From: Lichenicola sp.
GTDB taxonomy: Bacteria; Pseudomonadota; Alphaproteobacteria; Acetobacterales; Acetobacteraceae
Direction: 5' to 3'
Assembly (NCBI RefSeq): GCF_965198575.1
Contig: NZ_OZ240671.1
Coordinates: forward strand, 3,567,044 to 3,631,043
Length of the DNA stretch: 64,000 bases
In this document: in pieces, positions 28,855-40,099 of the stretch
Numbering within the stretch: the first letter of the stretch is position 1
How the letters are laid out: every line of letters begins with the position of its first letter
Program-made: the position numbers and the translations under genes
Notes under the pieces: generated by a model
The model's input: only the letters and a program-made list of their open reading frames with translations
Database searches by the model: none
What the model was told of the DNA's origin: nothing

Positions 28855-31800
28855 ATGCTGAAAGTTGATAGCTACGTCGAGCTGCAGGTGACGTCGAACT
28901 ACTCCTTTCTGCGCGGCGCCAGCCACGTCGAGGAGCTGTTCCTTGCCGCCAAGGCGCTCGGCCTGTCCTCGATCGCGATCACCGACCACAACACGCTGGC
29001 CGGCATCGCCCGGGCGCACGCCCGCGCCGAGGAGGTCGGCATCCGGCTCATCGTCGGCTGCCGTATCGATCTCCGCGACGGGCTGCCGCTGCTGGTCTAT
29101 CCGACCGATCGCGCCGCCTACGCCCGGCTCTGTCGTCTGCTGACGCTGGGCAAGGGGCGGACCGGCAAGGGCGGTTGCGACCTGTGCTGGCAGGACCTGG
29201 TCACATTGGGCGAGGGGCTGCTGCTGATCCTGCTGCCCGACGCGCCGGACGCCCGTCTCGAGACCGAGCTCCGCCGGATGCGCACGAGCTTCCCCGAAAG
29301 CTGCCACCTCGCCTTGACCGTGCGCCGGCGCCCAGGTGACGCCATCCGGCTCCGGCAACTGCACGATCTGGCGCAGGCGACGCGCGTGCCGACGGTGGTG
29401 ATCGGCGATGTGCTGTTTCACCATCCTGCCCGTCGCATCCTGCAGGATGTCGTCACCTGCATCCGCGAGAAGCGCACGATCGACACCCTCGGCTTCAAGC
29501 GCGAGCGGTTCGCCGATCGGCACCTCAAGACGCCCGACGAGATGGCACGGCTGTTCGCAGCCTACCCGGAGGCGCTGCAGCGGAGCGTCGAGATCGCCGA
29601 TCGTTGCCGTTTCAGCCTGTCGGAGCTGCGCTACCAGTATCCCGACGAGGCCGACGTTCCGGGCGAGACGCCGCAGCAGGCGCTCGAGCGCGCGGTGCGT
29701 GACAGCATCACCCTGCGCTACCCGGACGGCCTGCCGGCGGACGTGGCCAAGCAGCTGAGACACGAGCTCGATCTGATCGGCTCGCTCGACTACGCCTCCT
29801 ATTTCCTGACCGTGAACAGCATCGTCCGCTACGCACGGTCGCAGGACATCCTGTGCCAGGGCCGCGGGTCTGCCGCCAACTCGGCGGTCTGCTACGTGCT
29901 CGGCGTCACCTCGATCGATCCGGTCCGCTCCGGCCTGCTGTTCGAGCGGTTCATCTCGGCCGAGCGGCGCGAGCCACCCGACATCGACGTCGATTTCGAG
30001 AGCGAGCGCCGCGAGGAGGTGATCCAGTGGGTCTATGACCGCTATGGCCGCGACCGGGCTGCGTTGTGCTGCACCGTCATGCGCTTCCACGCCCGCGGCG
30101 CCATTCGCGACGTCGGCAAGGCGATGGGGCTGCCGGAGGATCTGACCGGCGCGCTGGCGACCCAGGTCTCGGCCTGGGCGAACGACGGTGTCAGCGAGGA
30201 GCACGCGGAAGAGCTCAACCTCAACCTGTCGGACCGGCGCCTGCGCCTGACGCTGGAGCTCGCCCGGCAGCTGATCGGCTTTCCGCGGCAGCTCGGCACG
30301 CATCCGGGTGGCTTCGTGCTGACCCAGGACCGGCTGGACGATCTGGTGCCGATCGAGCCGGCGGCGATGACCGATCGTCAGGTCATCGAGTGGGACAAGG
30401 ACGATATCGACGCGCTCAAGTTCATGAAGGTCGACGTGCTCGGGCTGGGCATGCTCGGCTGCATGCGCCGGTCGTTCGAGCTGCTCGCGTCCGAGAAGCG
30501 TATCCCGATGGATATCGCCGGCATCCCGCCCGAGGATCCGGCGACCTACGCGATGATCCGCAAGGCCGACACGCTCGGGACGTTCCAGATCGAGAGCCGG
30601 GCGCAGATGTCGATGCTGCCGCGGCTCAAGCCGACCACCTTCTACGACCTGGTGGTGCAGGTCGCGATCGTCCGGCCGGGACCGATCCAGGGCGACATGG
30701 TGCACCCGTATCTCCGCCGGCGGGACGGCACCGAGCCGGTCCATTATCCCAAGCCCGAACTCGAGGCGGTGCTCGGCAAGACGCTCGGCGTGCCGCTGTT
30801 CCAGGAGCAGGCGATGCAGGTCGCCATCCAGTGCGCGGGCTTCACGCCGGGCGAGGCGGACCAGCTGCGCCGCTCGATGGCGACCTTCAAGTTCACCGGC
30901 GGCGTCTCGCACTTCAAGACCAAGCTGATCGAGGGAATGGTCGACAAGGGCTACGAGCGGGAGTTCGCCGAGCGCACGTTCAGCCAGCTGGAAGGCTTCG
31001 GCTCCTACGGTTTCCCGGAGAGCCATGCTGCGTCTTTCGCGTTGATCGCCTACGCCTCGTCCTGGATGAAGTGCCACCACCCGGACGTGTTCTGTGCCGC
31101 TCTGCTCAACAGCCAGCCGATGGGGTTCTACGCGCCGGCGCAGGTGGTGCGGGACGCACGCGAGCATGGCGTGGAGATCCGGCCGGTCTGCGTCAATGCC
31201 AGCCGCTGGGACTGCACGCTGGAGCCCGCATCCGGCCGGCGAGGGCGGACTGGGTTCGCCGTCAGGCTGGGCCTGCGGATGACCAAGGGGCTGTCCAACG
31301 AGCATGGCGCGCGGCTGGTCTCGCAGCGGGGCAGCACGCCGTATGGCAGCGTCGAGGAGTTGTGGCGTCGCGCGGACGTGCCGGCAGTGGCGCTCGAGCG
31401 GCTGGCCGAGGCGGACGCCTACCAGGCAATTGGTCTCGATCGCCGGCAGGCGCTCTGGCAGGTGAAGGGGCTGGCCGACCAGGCGTTGCCGCTGTTTGCC
31501 GCCGCCGATCTGGGTCGGCGACCGCGGCCCGAGCTGGTCGAGCCGCCGGTCGTGCTGATCCCGATGAAGGACGGCCGCGAGGTGGTGGAGGATTATCGCA
31601 GCGTCGGGCTGAGCCTGCGCTCCCACCCGGTCTCCTTCCTCCGCGACGGCCTCCGGACGCGGGGGATGATCACCTGCGCGGCACTCAGGACCATCCGCGA
31701 CGGGCGGCGGGTCATCGTGCCGGGGATCGTGCTGGTGCGACAGAAGCCGGGCTCCGCCAAGGGCGTGATGTTCATCACCATCGAGGACGAGACCGGGGTG

Positions 31801-32142
31801 GCAAACCTGATCCTGTGGCCGGACCGGTTCGAGAAGCAGCGCCGCCTGGTGCTGTCGGCCGGCATGATCGCGTGCCATGGCAAGCTGCAGCGTGAGGGGG
31901 ATGTGACCCACGTGGTCACGGATCGGCTGGAGGACCTGACGCCGCTGCTGCGCTCGGTCGGCAACCAGGACACGCCGTTCCCTCTGCAGCATGGTCGCGG
32001 CGATGCGGTGACGCACCCAGGTGCTGCGGATCCACGCGACGGACCCGGAGCAGGACCGGGCGGGCGCCCCGTCCGGGACATCTACGTGCCGGACCTGCAC
32101 ATCAGGTCAGGCATCAAGGTGCCGACGCGAGATTTCCGCTAA
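28855..32142 (+). CDS. dnaE2: Error-prone DNA polymerase DnaE2 (ImuC)
   Basis: PHP domain ([16 protein letters not shown]), [25 protein letters not shown]-terminal TRDFR motif. Confidence 0.96.
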   Translation: MLKVDSYVELQVTSNYSFLRGASHVEELFLAAKALGLSSIAITDHNTLAGIARAHARAEEVGIRLIVGCRIDLRDGLPLLVYPTDRAAYARLCRLLTLGKGRTGKGGCDLCWQDLVTLGEGLLLILLPDAPDARLETELRRMRTSFPESCHLALTVRRRPGDAIRLRQLHDLAQATRVPTVVIGDVLFHHPARRILQDVVTCIREKRTIDTLGFKRERFADRHLKTPDEMARLFAAYPEALQRSVEIADRCRFSLSELRYQYPDEADVPGETPQQALERAVRDSITLRYPDGLPADVAKQLRHELDLIGSLDYASYFLTVNSIVRYARSQDILCQGRGSAANSAVCYVLGVTSIDPVRSGLLFERFISAERREPPDIDVDFESERREEVIQWVYDRYGRDRAALCCTVMRFHARGAIRDVGKAMGLPEDLTGALATQVSAWANDGVSEEHAEELNLNLSDRRLRLTLELARQLIGFPRQLGTHPGGFVLTQDRLDDLVPIEPAAMTDRQVIEWDKDDIDALKFMKVDVLGLGMLGCMRRSFELLASEKRIPMDIAGIPPEDPATYAMIRKADTLGTFQIESRAQMSMLPRLKPTTFYDLVVQVAIVRPGPIQGDMVHPYLRRRDGTEPVHYPKPELEAVLGKTLGVPLFQEQAMQVAIQCAGFTPGEADQLRRSMATFKFTGGVSHFKTKLIEGMVDKGYEREFAERTFSQLEGFGSYGFPESHAASFALIAYASSWMKCHHPDVFCAALLNSQPMGFYAPAQVVRDAREHGVEIRPVCVNASRWDCTLEPASGRRGRTGFAVRLGLRMTKGLSNEHGARLVSQRGSTPYGSVEELWRRADVPAVALERLAEADAYQAIGLDRRQALWQVKGLADQALPLFAAADLGRRPRPELVEPPVVLIPMKDGREVVEDYRSVGLSLRSHPVSFLRDGLRTRGMITCAALRTIRDGRRVIVPGIVLVRQKPGSAKGVMFITIEDETGVANLILWPDRFEKQRRLVLSAGMIACHGKLQREGDVTHVVTDRLEDLTPLLRSVGNQDTPFPLQHGRGDAVTHPGAADPRDGPGAGPGGRPVRDIYVPDLHIRSGIKVPTRDFR

Positions 32143-32228
32143 GGCTATTTCAGACGTAACAGAGCAAGACCAACCCTCCCGAAAGCTGCCGTCCGAGGCC
32201 TGGTGGTCTGCGCGGCAATCCCTCGCAA

Positions 32229-33320
32229 TCATCGAGCAATCCGGGCGTGAGGATCAGCAACCGCTTTCAGGACCTGCCTGACCGCTTCGACAACCGCCTG
32301 TGGCTGGTCGACTTCGATATTATGGTGCGTTCCAGGAACGATCCTGTTGATGCCTCGCCGCGACAACTGCGCAGTCTGATCATGGGTCGTGTTCCAGGCC
32401 AGGTCGTCGGCTGCGTCCTCGGGGTCCTTGGCGTCGTAGATACTGTGCGTCAGCACGATCAGTGGCCGGTTGCCGAACGGGTGCCCCGAGAACAACCTTG
32501 CGTAGATCGGATCAGGTCGCTGGTCACCATAGACGCTGTTCGCCAACTCCGATGCCTGCGTGACCTGATACCGGCGTTCGACCTGGATCTTCAGGCGCGC
32601 TGCCGCAATGTCCGGGCCGAGCAGCGGGCGTACCGGGTCGGTGCAATTCTTGTACTCGTCCGATGCCGGGTCGAGATCCTTGGTGGTCGTAGCCTCGGCG
32701 CACGTGTCATATTGGGCAACGGTCATTTGCAGATACGATAAATCATCCAGGGCGACCCGCGCCGCGAACGCTTCACCATATTTCGCCCTGAGACGTGACG
32801 CCGTGCGCTCGATGTTACGGTCCTCGGCGGGATCGACCAGAACCAGACCTGCGACGTCCTCGGGATAAAGTGCAGCATAGAGCTTCATGTTGAAGCCACC
32901 CAGCGAATGACCGACGAGCACGACCGGCGTCGGGATCCTTGCAGCCCGGATCAGCGCGTGTAAATTCTCGTCGTTCGCGATCGGTGATCTTGCTGCCGTA
33001 CCGGATGCGTCACTGAAACCCATGCCGGCGCGGTCGTATGAACAGGCACGCGTCAGTTTGGCGACGCCAGGCTGCACAAGCGCCCAGATGCTCGACCAGT
33101 CGCTGAGGCCCGAGTCGAATATGACGGTCGGCGCACCCGTGCCCATACAGAACAGATTGATCCTCTTGCCCTTGCCGATATCAACAAGGTCATGCGGGCG
33201 TGCGTATTGCCGACCGACGTCGGACGACAGGGCAGGCGCCGTGGCGTGTGCGCCCGGTGTTGCTGAAAAAGCAACGACCCACAGCAGAACGCATCCTGTT
33301 AAGATTATCGAGTTCTGCAT
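32229..33320 (-). CDS. Secreted alpha/beta hydrolase
   Basis: Signal peptide; YDRAGMGFS, GHSLGG nucleophile elbow, GTHHNIEVD. Confidence 0.85.
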   Translation of the reverse strand: MQNSIILTGCVLLWVVAFSATPGAHATAPALSSDVGRQYARPHDLVDIGKGKRINLFCMGTGAPTVIFDSGLSDWSSIWALVQPGVAKLTRACSYDRAGMGFSDASGTAARSPIANDENLHALIRAARIPTPVVLVGHSLGGFNMKLYAALYPEDVAGLVLVDPAEDRNIERTASRLRAKYGEAFAARVALDDLSYLQMTVAQYDTCAEATTTKDLDPASDEYKNCTDPVRPLLGPDIAAARLKIQVERRYQVTQASELANSVYGDQRPDPIYARLFSGHPFGNRPLIVLTHSIYDAKDPEDAADDLAWNTTHDQTAQLSRRGINRIVPGTHHNIEVDQPQAVVEAVRQVLKAVADPHARIAR

Positions 33321-33659
33321 GATAAATGCTTGCTCTGTGCTAACAGTTGAGAACAAACCGTATTCGTAACAGAAAGGTTTCTGGTCCCCTAATCGATCAC
33401 TCCCAACCCAGCCGGGCCGTTTTCAATACGATCCCGTATAGAAAGTCATGGTACACCTGCGGCAAGTGGCTTGTAGGACAGTACCAGGCTTGTCGGCCCG
33501 GCAGGTCACTTCCACATAGCCCTGACCGCCGGCGTCCTTGCCCACGTCGCAAGCGTCGTCGGCGGCGGGGCCACTTGAGATCGATGTCGATCGTTTTCTT
33601 GCTGGTGGCAGCGGCGCATGCCGCGTTCGCGGTCCGGTGGCGGCAAAACGACGTTGCGG

Positions 33660-34047
33660 GAGTGTGGTGCATGGCGACGGGCACAAGGGGGTTCCGAGCC
33701 CACGATGGCGGCCCATTCGCGTCGGACCTATCCGGCCAGGATTTCTGGTCCCTGCTGCACGCCGGATACCGGCCGATCGAGATGGTGATGGGACGCTGCG
33801 TCTATCATGTCACCCACCGGGGCGTTTTATCCGGCCTGGGCAAAGTCGGCCGCAACGTCGAGCTGGAAAATTCCACCTCCGCAAAGGCCGAAAGCGTTGT
33901 CGGCCTGGATATTCACGAGGGAAGCCACAGCTGGAAAACCACGTGATCGAGTTCTTCGCGATCGGAACCGCGGTCCTGGCTCTGGAGCAGGAGATCGCTC
34001 CCGAGAAGATCACCGACCCGATCATGGTCCTGGCGGTCAACGATTAG
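33660..34047 (+). pseudogene. Remnant of a YbjQ/UPF0145-like (heavy-metal-binding domain) protein
   Basis: PFASDLSGQDFW.LL.AGYRP..MVMG.CVYH, VVGLDIHEGSHSW, then a frameshift near 33935 to HVIEFFAIGTAV; internal segment and N-terminus missing. Confidence 0.65.
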
Positions 34048-34229
34048 CTTCCTGGCGGGTCGAGTAAGGCGCGATCCTGGCGGCAAGTCGCGCTAGTTCC
34101 TGACGGGTCGCCGCATGTTTCAGCGAGTTCAGGCACTGCCGAGCCCGGCGCCCCTCCGGGATTGAATCGACCGGCTGGACCCGGCTGCCGGACAGCCTGC
34201 CCGCCAGAACCAGCCTTCCACGGCCGACC

Positions 34230-34484
34230 TCAGGGCGCCGGATCCTCGGGATCGATCATCACGCCCGCCGGACGACGCACCCGGGTGTGCGAGAGCAGCA
34301 GGAAGCCCGCCACCACCAGCAGCACGCCGACCAGGATCGGCACGCGGGCGATCAGCCAGTTCGCCGTCCAGGCCGGCACGTTGGCCGAGTTCATGTTGAA
34401 GGCGAGGGACCACACGCTGATCGAGGCGATGATGAAGCCGATCAGCATCAGGGCGACGATCAGATAGACCCGTTTCAGCAACAT
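34230..34484 (-). CDS. Small two-TM hypothetical membrane protein
   Basis: Two hydrophobic helices; starts 5 bp after the permease stop. Confidence 0.6.
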   Translation of the reverse strand: MLLKRVYLIVALMLIGFIIASISVWSLAFNMNSANVPAWTANWLIARVPILVGVLLVVAGFLLLSHTRVRRPAGVMIDPEDPAP

Positions 34485-34489
34485 CCCGG

Positions 34490-36094
34490 CTAATCCTTCT
34501 GGCTGCGGACGACGGTGTCGCCCGCTGCATGTCCCGCAGCAAGTGCTGCCGCATTCTCAGCCGCAAGACGCGAGTGGCGGTAGCCGTAGCATCCGTAGCA
34601 CAGCGCCCCGATGACCACGTAGCCCATCAGCAGGGACGCCGGCACCGGGTTGTGGTTCAGCAGCGAGCGCGTCATGTCGATCAGCAGCGGGGCCGCCATG
34701 ACGATGCTGAACAGGATGCCCAGCGCCGGCACCACGCCGATCCAGACCCCGCGGATGCGGACGCCCCCGAGCGGCACCGGGAACGGCGGACGCAGGTCGG
34801 GGATGGCGTTGCGCTGCCAGATCACCGTGAAGCAGACGATGCCGAACGCGGTCGTGGTGCCGAGGCTCACCAGGTCGCTGATGATGTCGATCGGCAGCAG
34901 GGCGGTCGCCGCCGCAACGCCGATGCCGAGCAGGATGGTGCCGAGCCAGGGGGTGCGGAATTTCGGGTGCAGCACGCAGAAGATCCGCGGCAGCAGCCCG
35001 TCGCGGGCGATCGTGAAGAAGATCCGGCTCTGGCCGTACTGGAGCACCAGCATCACCGAGCACAGCCCGGTCACCGCACCGATTTTCACGAACAGCGCGA
35101 GCCACGGCTGGCCCATCGCATCGACCGCGATCGCCAGCGGATCGGCGACGCCGAGCTGCTTGTACGGCACCACGCCGGTCATCACAGCCGCCACCGCGAT
35201 ATAGACCACGGTGCACACGGCGAGCGAGCTGATGATGCCGATCGGCACGTCGCGCCTGGGATTCTTGGCCTCCGCGCTGGCACAGGACACCGCCTCGAAC
35301 CCGACATAGGCGAAGAAGATCACCGAGGCGGCGCGGAAGATCCCCGGGATGCCGTAGCGGAAGCCGCCCTGGTTCGGCGGAATGAACGGCACCCAGTTCG
35401 CCGGGTGGATCGCCTTGATGCCCAGCGCCACGAACACCAGCAGCACCGACACCTTCAGCACCACGATCACGCTGTTGACGGTGGCACTTTCCGACACCCC
35501 GATCACCAGCAGGACGGTGACGATCACCGAGGCGAATGCGCCGACCAGGTTCACCCCGTGGCCGATATCCAGCGTCATGGTGCCGTTGGCGGCCGGGATC
35601 GTCTGGATGAACGAGGTCGACACCCAGGCCGGCAGGTTGACCCCGAAATCGGCAAGCAGGCTGGTGGCATACCCGGAAAAGCCCGCCGCGACGCCGGCAC
35701 ACGAGATCCCGTATTCAAGCAGCAGCAGCCACCCGACCACCCAGGCGGCGAGCTCGCCCATCGAGGCGTAGGCATAGGTATAGGCCGACCCGCTGACCGG
35801 CATGGTCGAGGCGAGCTCGCCATAGGAGAGGGCGGTAAACACGCAGGCGAGGCCGGCCACCAGGAACGACAGCAGGATCGCCGGACCCGCGTAGTTCGCG
35901 GCCGCCGTGCCGGTCATCACATAGATGCCGGCGCCGATGGTCGAGCCGATGCCCAGCATGGTGAGGTTGAGCGGCCCGAGGCTGCGCTTCAGGCCGTGCG
36001 TGTTGGTCTCGGCCTCGATCTGCGCCAGCGTCTTGCGCAGCCGGAACCGGCCCGAGCGCGGTCCAGCCGCACGCACGCCGGTGGTGATGCTCAT
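34490..36094 (-). CDS. APC-family amino acid permease
   Basis: GSTIGAGI, YGELAS, GSAYTY, FFAYVGFEAVS, SRIFFTIARDGLLP. Confidence 0.93.
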   Translation of the reverse strand: MSITTGVRAAGPRSGRFRLRKTLAQIEAETNTHGLKRSLGPLNLTMLGIGSTIGAGIYVMTGTAAANYAGPAILLSFLVAGLACVFTALSYGELASTMPVSGSAYTYAYASMGELAAWVVGWLLLLEYGISCAGVAAGFSGYATSLLADFGVNLPAWVSTSFIQTIPAANGTMTLDIGHGVNLVGAFASVIVTVLLVIGVSESATVNSVIVVLKVSVLLVFVALGIKAIHPANWVPFIPPNQGGFRYGIPGIFRAASVIFFAYVGFEAVSCASAEAKNPRRDVPIGIISSLAVCTVVYIAVAAVMTGVVPYKQLGVADPLAIAVDAMGQPWLALFVKIGAVTGLCSVMLVLQYGQSRIFFTIARDGLLPRIFCVLHPKFRTPWLGTILLGIGVAAATALLPIDIISDLVSLGTTTAFGIVCFTVIWQRNAIPDLRPPFPVPLGGVRIRGVWIGVVPALGILFSIVMAAPLLIDMTRSLLNHNPVPASLLMGYVVIGALCYGCYGYRHSRLAAENAAALAAGHAAGDTVVRSQKD

Positions 36095-36239
36095 TGGGCG
36101 CCGCCAGCCGGATCCGGGCGCGGTGCGGGGGGCGAGTGCATGGTTGCCATGCACCGATCGTATGGAGGAGGCATCCGCCGGGTTCAAGTGTGGCGCCCGC
36201 ATTACACCCCCGGGGCGGAACCATTGTAGCATCGCCGGC

Positions 36240-37112
36240 ATGAAAGCGCCTCTGGCTGCGGTCACCATGGCCTACAACGAGCCGATCTTCCTGCCGGTCT
36301 GGCTGCGCCATCACGGCGGCCAGGTGGGTGCTGCGAACTGCTTCGTGCTGGATCACGGCTCGACCGACGGCAGCACCGCCGCCGCACGTGTGGAGGGTGC
36401 CAGCGTGGTCAGGATCCCGCGCTCGCCGCAGGACGACACCAGGCGCTGCGGCTTCGTGTCGGATTTCTGCGCGTCGCTGCTGAACTGGTACGACGCCGTC
36501 ATCTACACCGACGTCGACGAGCTCCTGGTGCCCGACCCGGCCGCCTACCCGTCACTGCTGGCGTTCGCCGCCACGGTTCGCGCCGATGAGGTGGTGACGG
36601 CGCTGGGCTTCGACGTCGTGCAGGTGCCGGACCTGGAGCCTTCGCTTGACTGGGGCCAGCCGATCGGACCGCAGCGCGACTGGCTCCGCTTCAGCAGCGC
36701 CATGTGCAAACCGGTGCTGATCCGTCGCCGCGCCGCCTGGGCGCCCGGCTTCCACTGCATCGACGCGCCACCGGCGTTCCGCGACCTGTTCCTGTTCCAT
36801 CTGCGCTACGTCGACCTGGTCTCGGGCCTGGCCCGCCTGGCCCGCACGCGAACCCAGCCTTGGATCACCCCCGAGGCAGGGTCCCACCAGCGCACGCCGG
36901 ACACGCGGTGGGAGGGCATGCTGCGCGGCATGGCCGGCCTGCCGAAACGCACCGACGTCACCTTGCTGGCAGACGATCCACTGCTCATGGCGTGGCAGGC
37001 CCGCGTGCTGGACAGCGTGGCGGAGCGCACCGACGCACTCTACCGGATCGACCTGCATCTGAGCGGCGACGAGCTCTGGCGGCTGCCTGACCGGTTCCGC
37101 GGCCAGTTCTAG
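36240..37112 (+). CDS. Glycosyltransferase family 2 (Glyco_tranf_2_4-like)
   Basis: TMAYNE, VLDHGSTDGS, IYTDVDE (DxD), WAPGFH, LFHLRY. Confidence 0.8.
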   Translation: MKAPLAAVTMAYNEPIFLPVWLRHHGGQVGAANCFVLDHGSTDGSTAAARVEGASVVRIPRSPQDDTRRCGFVSDFCASLLNWYDAVIYTDVDELLVPDPAAYPSLLAFAATVRADEVVTALGFDVVQVPDLEPSLDWGQPIGPQRDWLRFSSAMCKPVLIRRRAAWAPGFHCIDAPPAFRDLFLFHLRYVDLVSGLARLARTRTQPWITPEAGSHQRTPDTRWEGMLRGMAGLPKRTDVTLLADDPLLMAWQARVLDSVAERTDALYRIDLHLSGDELWRLPDRFRGQF

Positions 37113-37250
37113 GTCGCCTGTGTGCGGGCTTACGCCTTACAATCACCCATCCGGCGGCTGCCTGGTCAGCCGGCAGAACAATCCGCGTCCGGGCCGATGG
37201 AAGCCTCGGGCAACCGCAAGCTCGATCAGGCGCCGTGCAAGGAGATTTCA

Positions 37251-39572
37251 ATGAATGAAATCACGAACGACAAGACCTTCACCGAGACCTTCGAGATGGC
37301 CGGCAAGTGCCCGTTCGGTGGCGACAGGGTCGGAGGCGCCTTCGGAACACCGCCGACCCTGGAGACCTGGTATCCGGCCCGGCTGCGGGTCGAGCTTCTC
37401 CACCAGAACGGTCTCGCGGCAGATCCGCTCGGCTCGGACTTCGATTACGCCGCCGCATTCGCGAAGCTGGATTTCGCGGCCCTCAAGCAGGACATCAAGC
37501 AGTTCCTGACGACATCGGTGGCCTGGTGGCCGTCGGACTACGACAATTACGGCCCGCAGATGATCCGCATGGCCTGGCACGCAGCCGGCACCTATCGCAT
37601 TTCGGACGGGCGCGGTGGTGCCGGGACGGCGATGCAGCGCTTCGCCCCGATCAGCAGCTGGTGGGATAACGGCAATACCGACAAGTCGCGTCGCCTGCTG
37701 CAACCGATCAAGCACAAATACGGCAATGGCCTGTCATGGGGCGACCTGATGATCCTGACCGGCAACTGCGCCCTCGAGATCATGGGCCTGCCCACCTATG
37801 GCTTTGGCGGCGGCAGGCTCGACGCGTGGGAGGCGGACAACGCCACCTACTGGGGCCCGGAGATCTGGGACCCGAAGGACGTCGACAGTTTCGACAGCAT
37901 GGTCACCCGGGACAAGCGCTGGCGCGGCAGGAACGGCGATGCCGATTACGACCTGGAAAATCCGCTTGCCGCATCGCATCAAGCGCTGATCTACGTCAAT
38001 CCGGAAGGGCCGTATGCGAATGGCGATCCGATGGGATCGGCGCGCGATATCCGGATCACCTTCACGCGCATGGCGATGAACAACGAGGAGACGGTGGCGC
38101 TGATCGCCGGCGGCCACGCCTTCGGAAAGAGCCACGGCATGGTGCCTGCGAAAGAGGTCGGACCGCCGCCGGAAATCGCCCCGATGGAAGCCATGGGCCT
38201 CGGCTGGAACAATCCGAAGGGACCCGGTTTCGCGCAATACACCATGACCAACGGGATCGAGGGCAGCTGGACGCCGAACCCGACGCAGTGGGACAACAGC
38301 TACCTCGAGAACCTGTTCAAGTTCGAGTGGGAGCAGACCAGGGGTCCGGCCGGCGCGCTGCAGTGGAAGCCGATCGACCCAACCGCGCCGAAAACGCCGG
38401 ACGCGCATGTCGCGGGTCAGATGAACGACCTGATGATGATGACCAGCGACATCGCGCTCAAGGTCGATCCGGAATACCGCAAGGTGTGCGAGAAATTCCT
38501 CGGCGACTTCGATGCGTTTACCCAGGCCTTTTCCAAGGCCTGGTACAAGCTCACGCATCGGGACATGGGACCGAAGCATCGCTATCTCGGCCCGGAAGTG
38601 ACGATCGAGGACGGCCTGCTCTGGCAGGATCCGCTACCCGAGCGGGATTACGACCTGGTCGACGATGCCGACGTCGCATCCTTGAAAAAAGCGATCCTGG
38701 CGTCCGGGCTGACCGTATCGGATCTGGTCTTCACCGCGTTTTCCGCAGCGGCGACTTACCGTGACAGCGACAAGCGTGGCGGCGCCAATGGTGGTCGCCT
38801 GGCGCTGGCGCCGCAGAAGGACTGGGCGGTCAATCGCCGGGCGGCGCCGGTGGTGGCGACATTGCGCGGCGTCATGTCCGACTTCAACAGCAGGCAGGCG
38901 GGTCGCACGAGGATCTCCCTGGCCGACCTGATCGTGCTCGGTGGCTGTGCCGCCGTGGAGAAGGCAGCGCGAGATGCCGGCATCGAAGCCGGCGTGCCGT
39001 TCACGCCGGGACGGGTCGATACCACGCAGCCGCGCACCGACCTTGAGATGTTCGAATGGCTGAAGCCGATCGTCGATGGTTTCCGCAACTACGTTGGCGA
39101 CGAGTTCAGCCAGGTCTCGCAGGGTGTGGCCCCCGAGGAGTTCTTCCTCGACAAGGCGAACCTGATGAAGCTGACAGCCCCGGAATGGACGGTCCTCGCC
39201 GGCGGGCTGCGGGTGCTGAACGCCAACCATGACAACTCGAATAGCGGCGTCTTCACCGACAGGGTCGGCGTGCTGACCAACGATTTCTTCGTCAACCTGA
39301 CCGACACCGACCTGGTGTGGGAGAAGTCGGACGACGCGGCGATGCACTTCGTTCTCAAGGATCGCGAGAGCGGCGCTGCGAAGTTCATCGCAACGCGAAA
39401 CGACCTGGTGTTCGGGGCGAACGCGCAGCTGCGGTCGATCGCCGACGTCTATGCCGGCAGCGATGGACACCATCGCTTCGTTCGCGACTTCATCAAGGCC
39501 TGGGACAAGGTGATGATGCTCGATCGCTACGACGTGAAAGGTCATAGACGCTACGCGCCGATGGCGGCTTGA
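37251..39572 (+). CDS. katG: Catalase-peroxidase
   Basis: [39 protein letters not shown] (Met-Tyr-Trp adduct residues); duplicated peroxidase fold; AGGAG RBS. Confidence 0.97.
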   Translation: MNEITNDKTFTETFEMAGKCPFGGDRVGGAFGTPPTLETWYPARLRVELLHQNGLAADPLGSDFDYAAAFAKLDFAALKQDIKQFLTTSVAWWPSDYDNYGPQMIRMAWHAAGTYRISDGRGGAGTAMQRFAPISSWWDNGNTDKSRRLLQPIKHKYGNGLSWGDLMILTGNCALEIMGLPTYGFGGGRLDAWEADNATYWGPEIWDPKDVDSFDSMVTRDKRWRGRNGDADYDLENPLAASHQALIYVNPEGPYANGDPMGSARDIRITFTRMAMNNEETVALIAGGHAFGKSHGMVPAKEVGPPPEIAPMEAMGLGWNNPKGPGFAQYTMTNGIEGSWTPNPTQWDNSYLENLFKFEWEQTRGPAGALQWKPIDPTAPKTPDAHVAGQMNDLMMMTSDIALKVDPEYRKVCEKFLGDFDAFTQAFSKAWYKLTHRDMGPKHRYLGPEVTIEDGLLWQDPLPERDYDLVDDADVASLKKAILASGLTVSDLVFTAFSAAATYRDSDKRGGANGGRLALAPQKDWAVNRRAAPVVATLRGVMSDFNSRQAGRTRISLADLIVLGGCAAVEKAARDAGIEAGVPFTPGRVDTTQPRTDLEMFEWLKPIVDGFRNYVGDEFSQVSQGVAPEEFFLDKANLMKLTAPEWTVLAGGLRVLNANHDNSNSGVFTDRVGVLTNDFFVNLTDTDLVWEKSDDAAMHFVLKDRESGAAKFIATRNDLVFGANAQLRSIADVYAGSDGHHRFVRDFIKAWDKVMMLDRYDVKGHRRYAPMAA

Positions 39573-39594
39573 GGAAGCGTACTTTCAGGTTGTG

Positions 39595-39619
39595 AGGGTT
39601 CGCTCAGGGAGCGAGCCCT
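39595..39619 (+). terminator. Hairpin after katG, possible terminator
   Basis: AGGGTTCGCTC-AGG-GAGCGAGCCCT; no clear U tract. Confidence 0.35.
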
Positions 39620-39760
39620 GCCTAACCGAGCCGTGACGCGGCCGATCGACCCAGGCCGGTGCGAGGCCACAGACGCTAACGGACCGCGTGGGGTCGGCTG
39701 GCCGGAACCAGCTTGCAGACCCCTCGTTTCAAGGGCTCTACAGCAACATCAGGGTTCCAA

Positions 39761-40075
39761 ATGGGTAGCTACAGCCGTCGAACCACCCTGCGAATGGTCG
39801 CCGTCGGATCCGTGTCGCTGGCATTATCCGTACTGGGTCCGAGAGCGCACAGCCAGACGGCGCTGCCCGACCCGAACAGACCAGCCGGGCGCCCGCCAGT
39901 GTCCGGACATGTCGCGCGGCCTCCCGGCGGAGTGCCCCGCGGCGTGGTTCTCCCACGCGCGGGCGTCGATCCGGGCATGAGAGTGATGGCGCCGCACGTG
40001 CCGCCGCAGAGCACCCCGGTCATCCGGCCGGGGAGAACCGGGCCGGATGCCGATGGTGTCGTGGTGCCGCGCTAG
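39761..40075 (+). CDS. Small Pro-rich hypothetical protein with a signal-peptide-like N-terminus
   Basis: SRRTTLR plus hydrophobic stretch plus AHS-Q; Pro/Gly/Val-rich tail. Confidence 0.5.
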   Translation: MGSYSRRTTLRMVAVGSVSLALSVLGPRAHSQTALPDPNRPAGRPPVSGHVARPPGGVPRGVVLPRAGVDPGMRVMAPHVPPQSTPVIRPGRTGPDADGVVVPR

Positions 40076-40099
40076 GTTCGGCTTTCCGCCAGGCCTGGC

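Noticed and set aside
28822-32100. 1092-aa minus-strand ORF (likewise 49365..51770, 59833..62289, 2285..4618, 25752..27302 and similar)
   Set aside because: Antisense shadows of recognisable genes; only the 3' tail of 25752..27302 overlaps the IS481 relic.
36240-37112. GT2 as part of the heptosyltransferase-adhesin system
   Set aside because: It is 22 kb away, separately oriented and has no sequence link to that operon.
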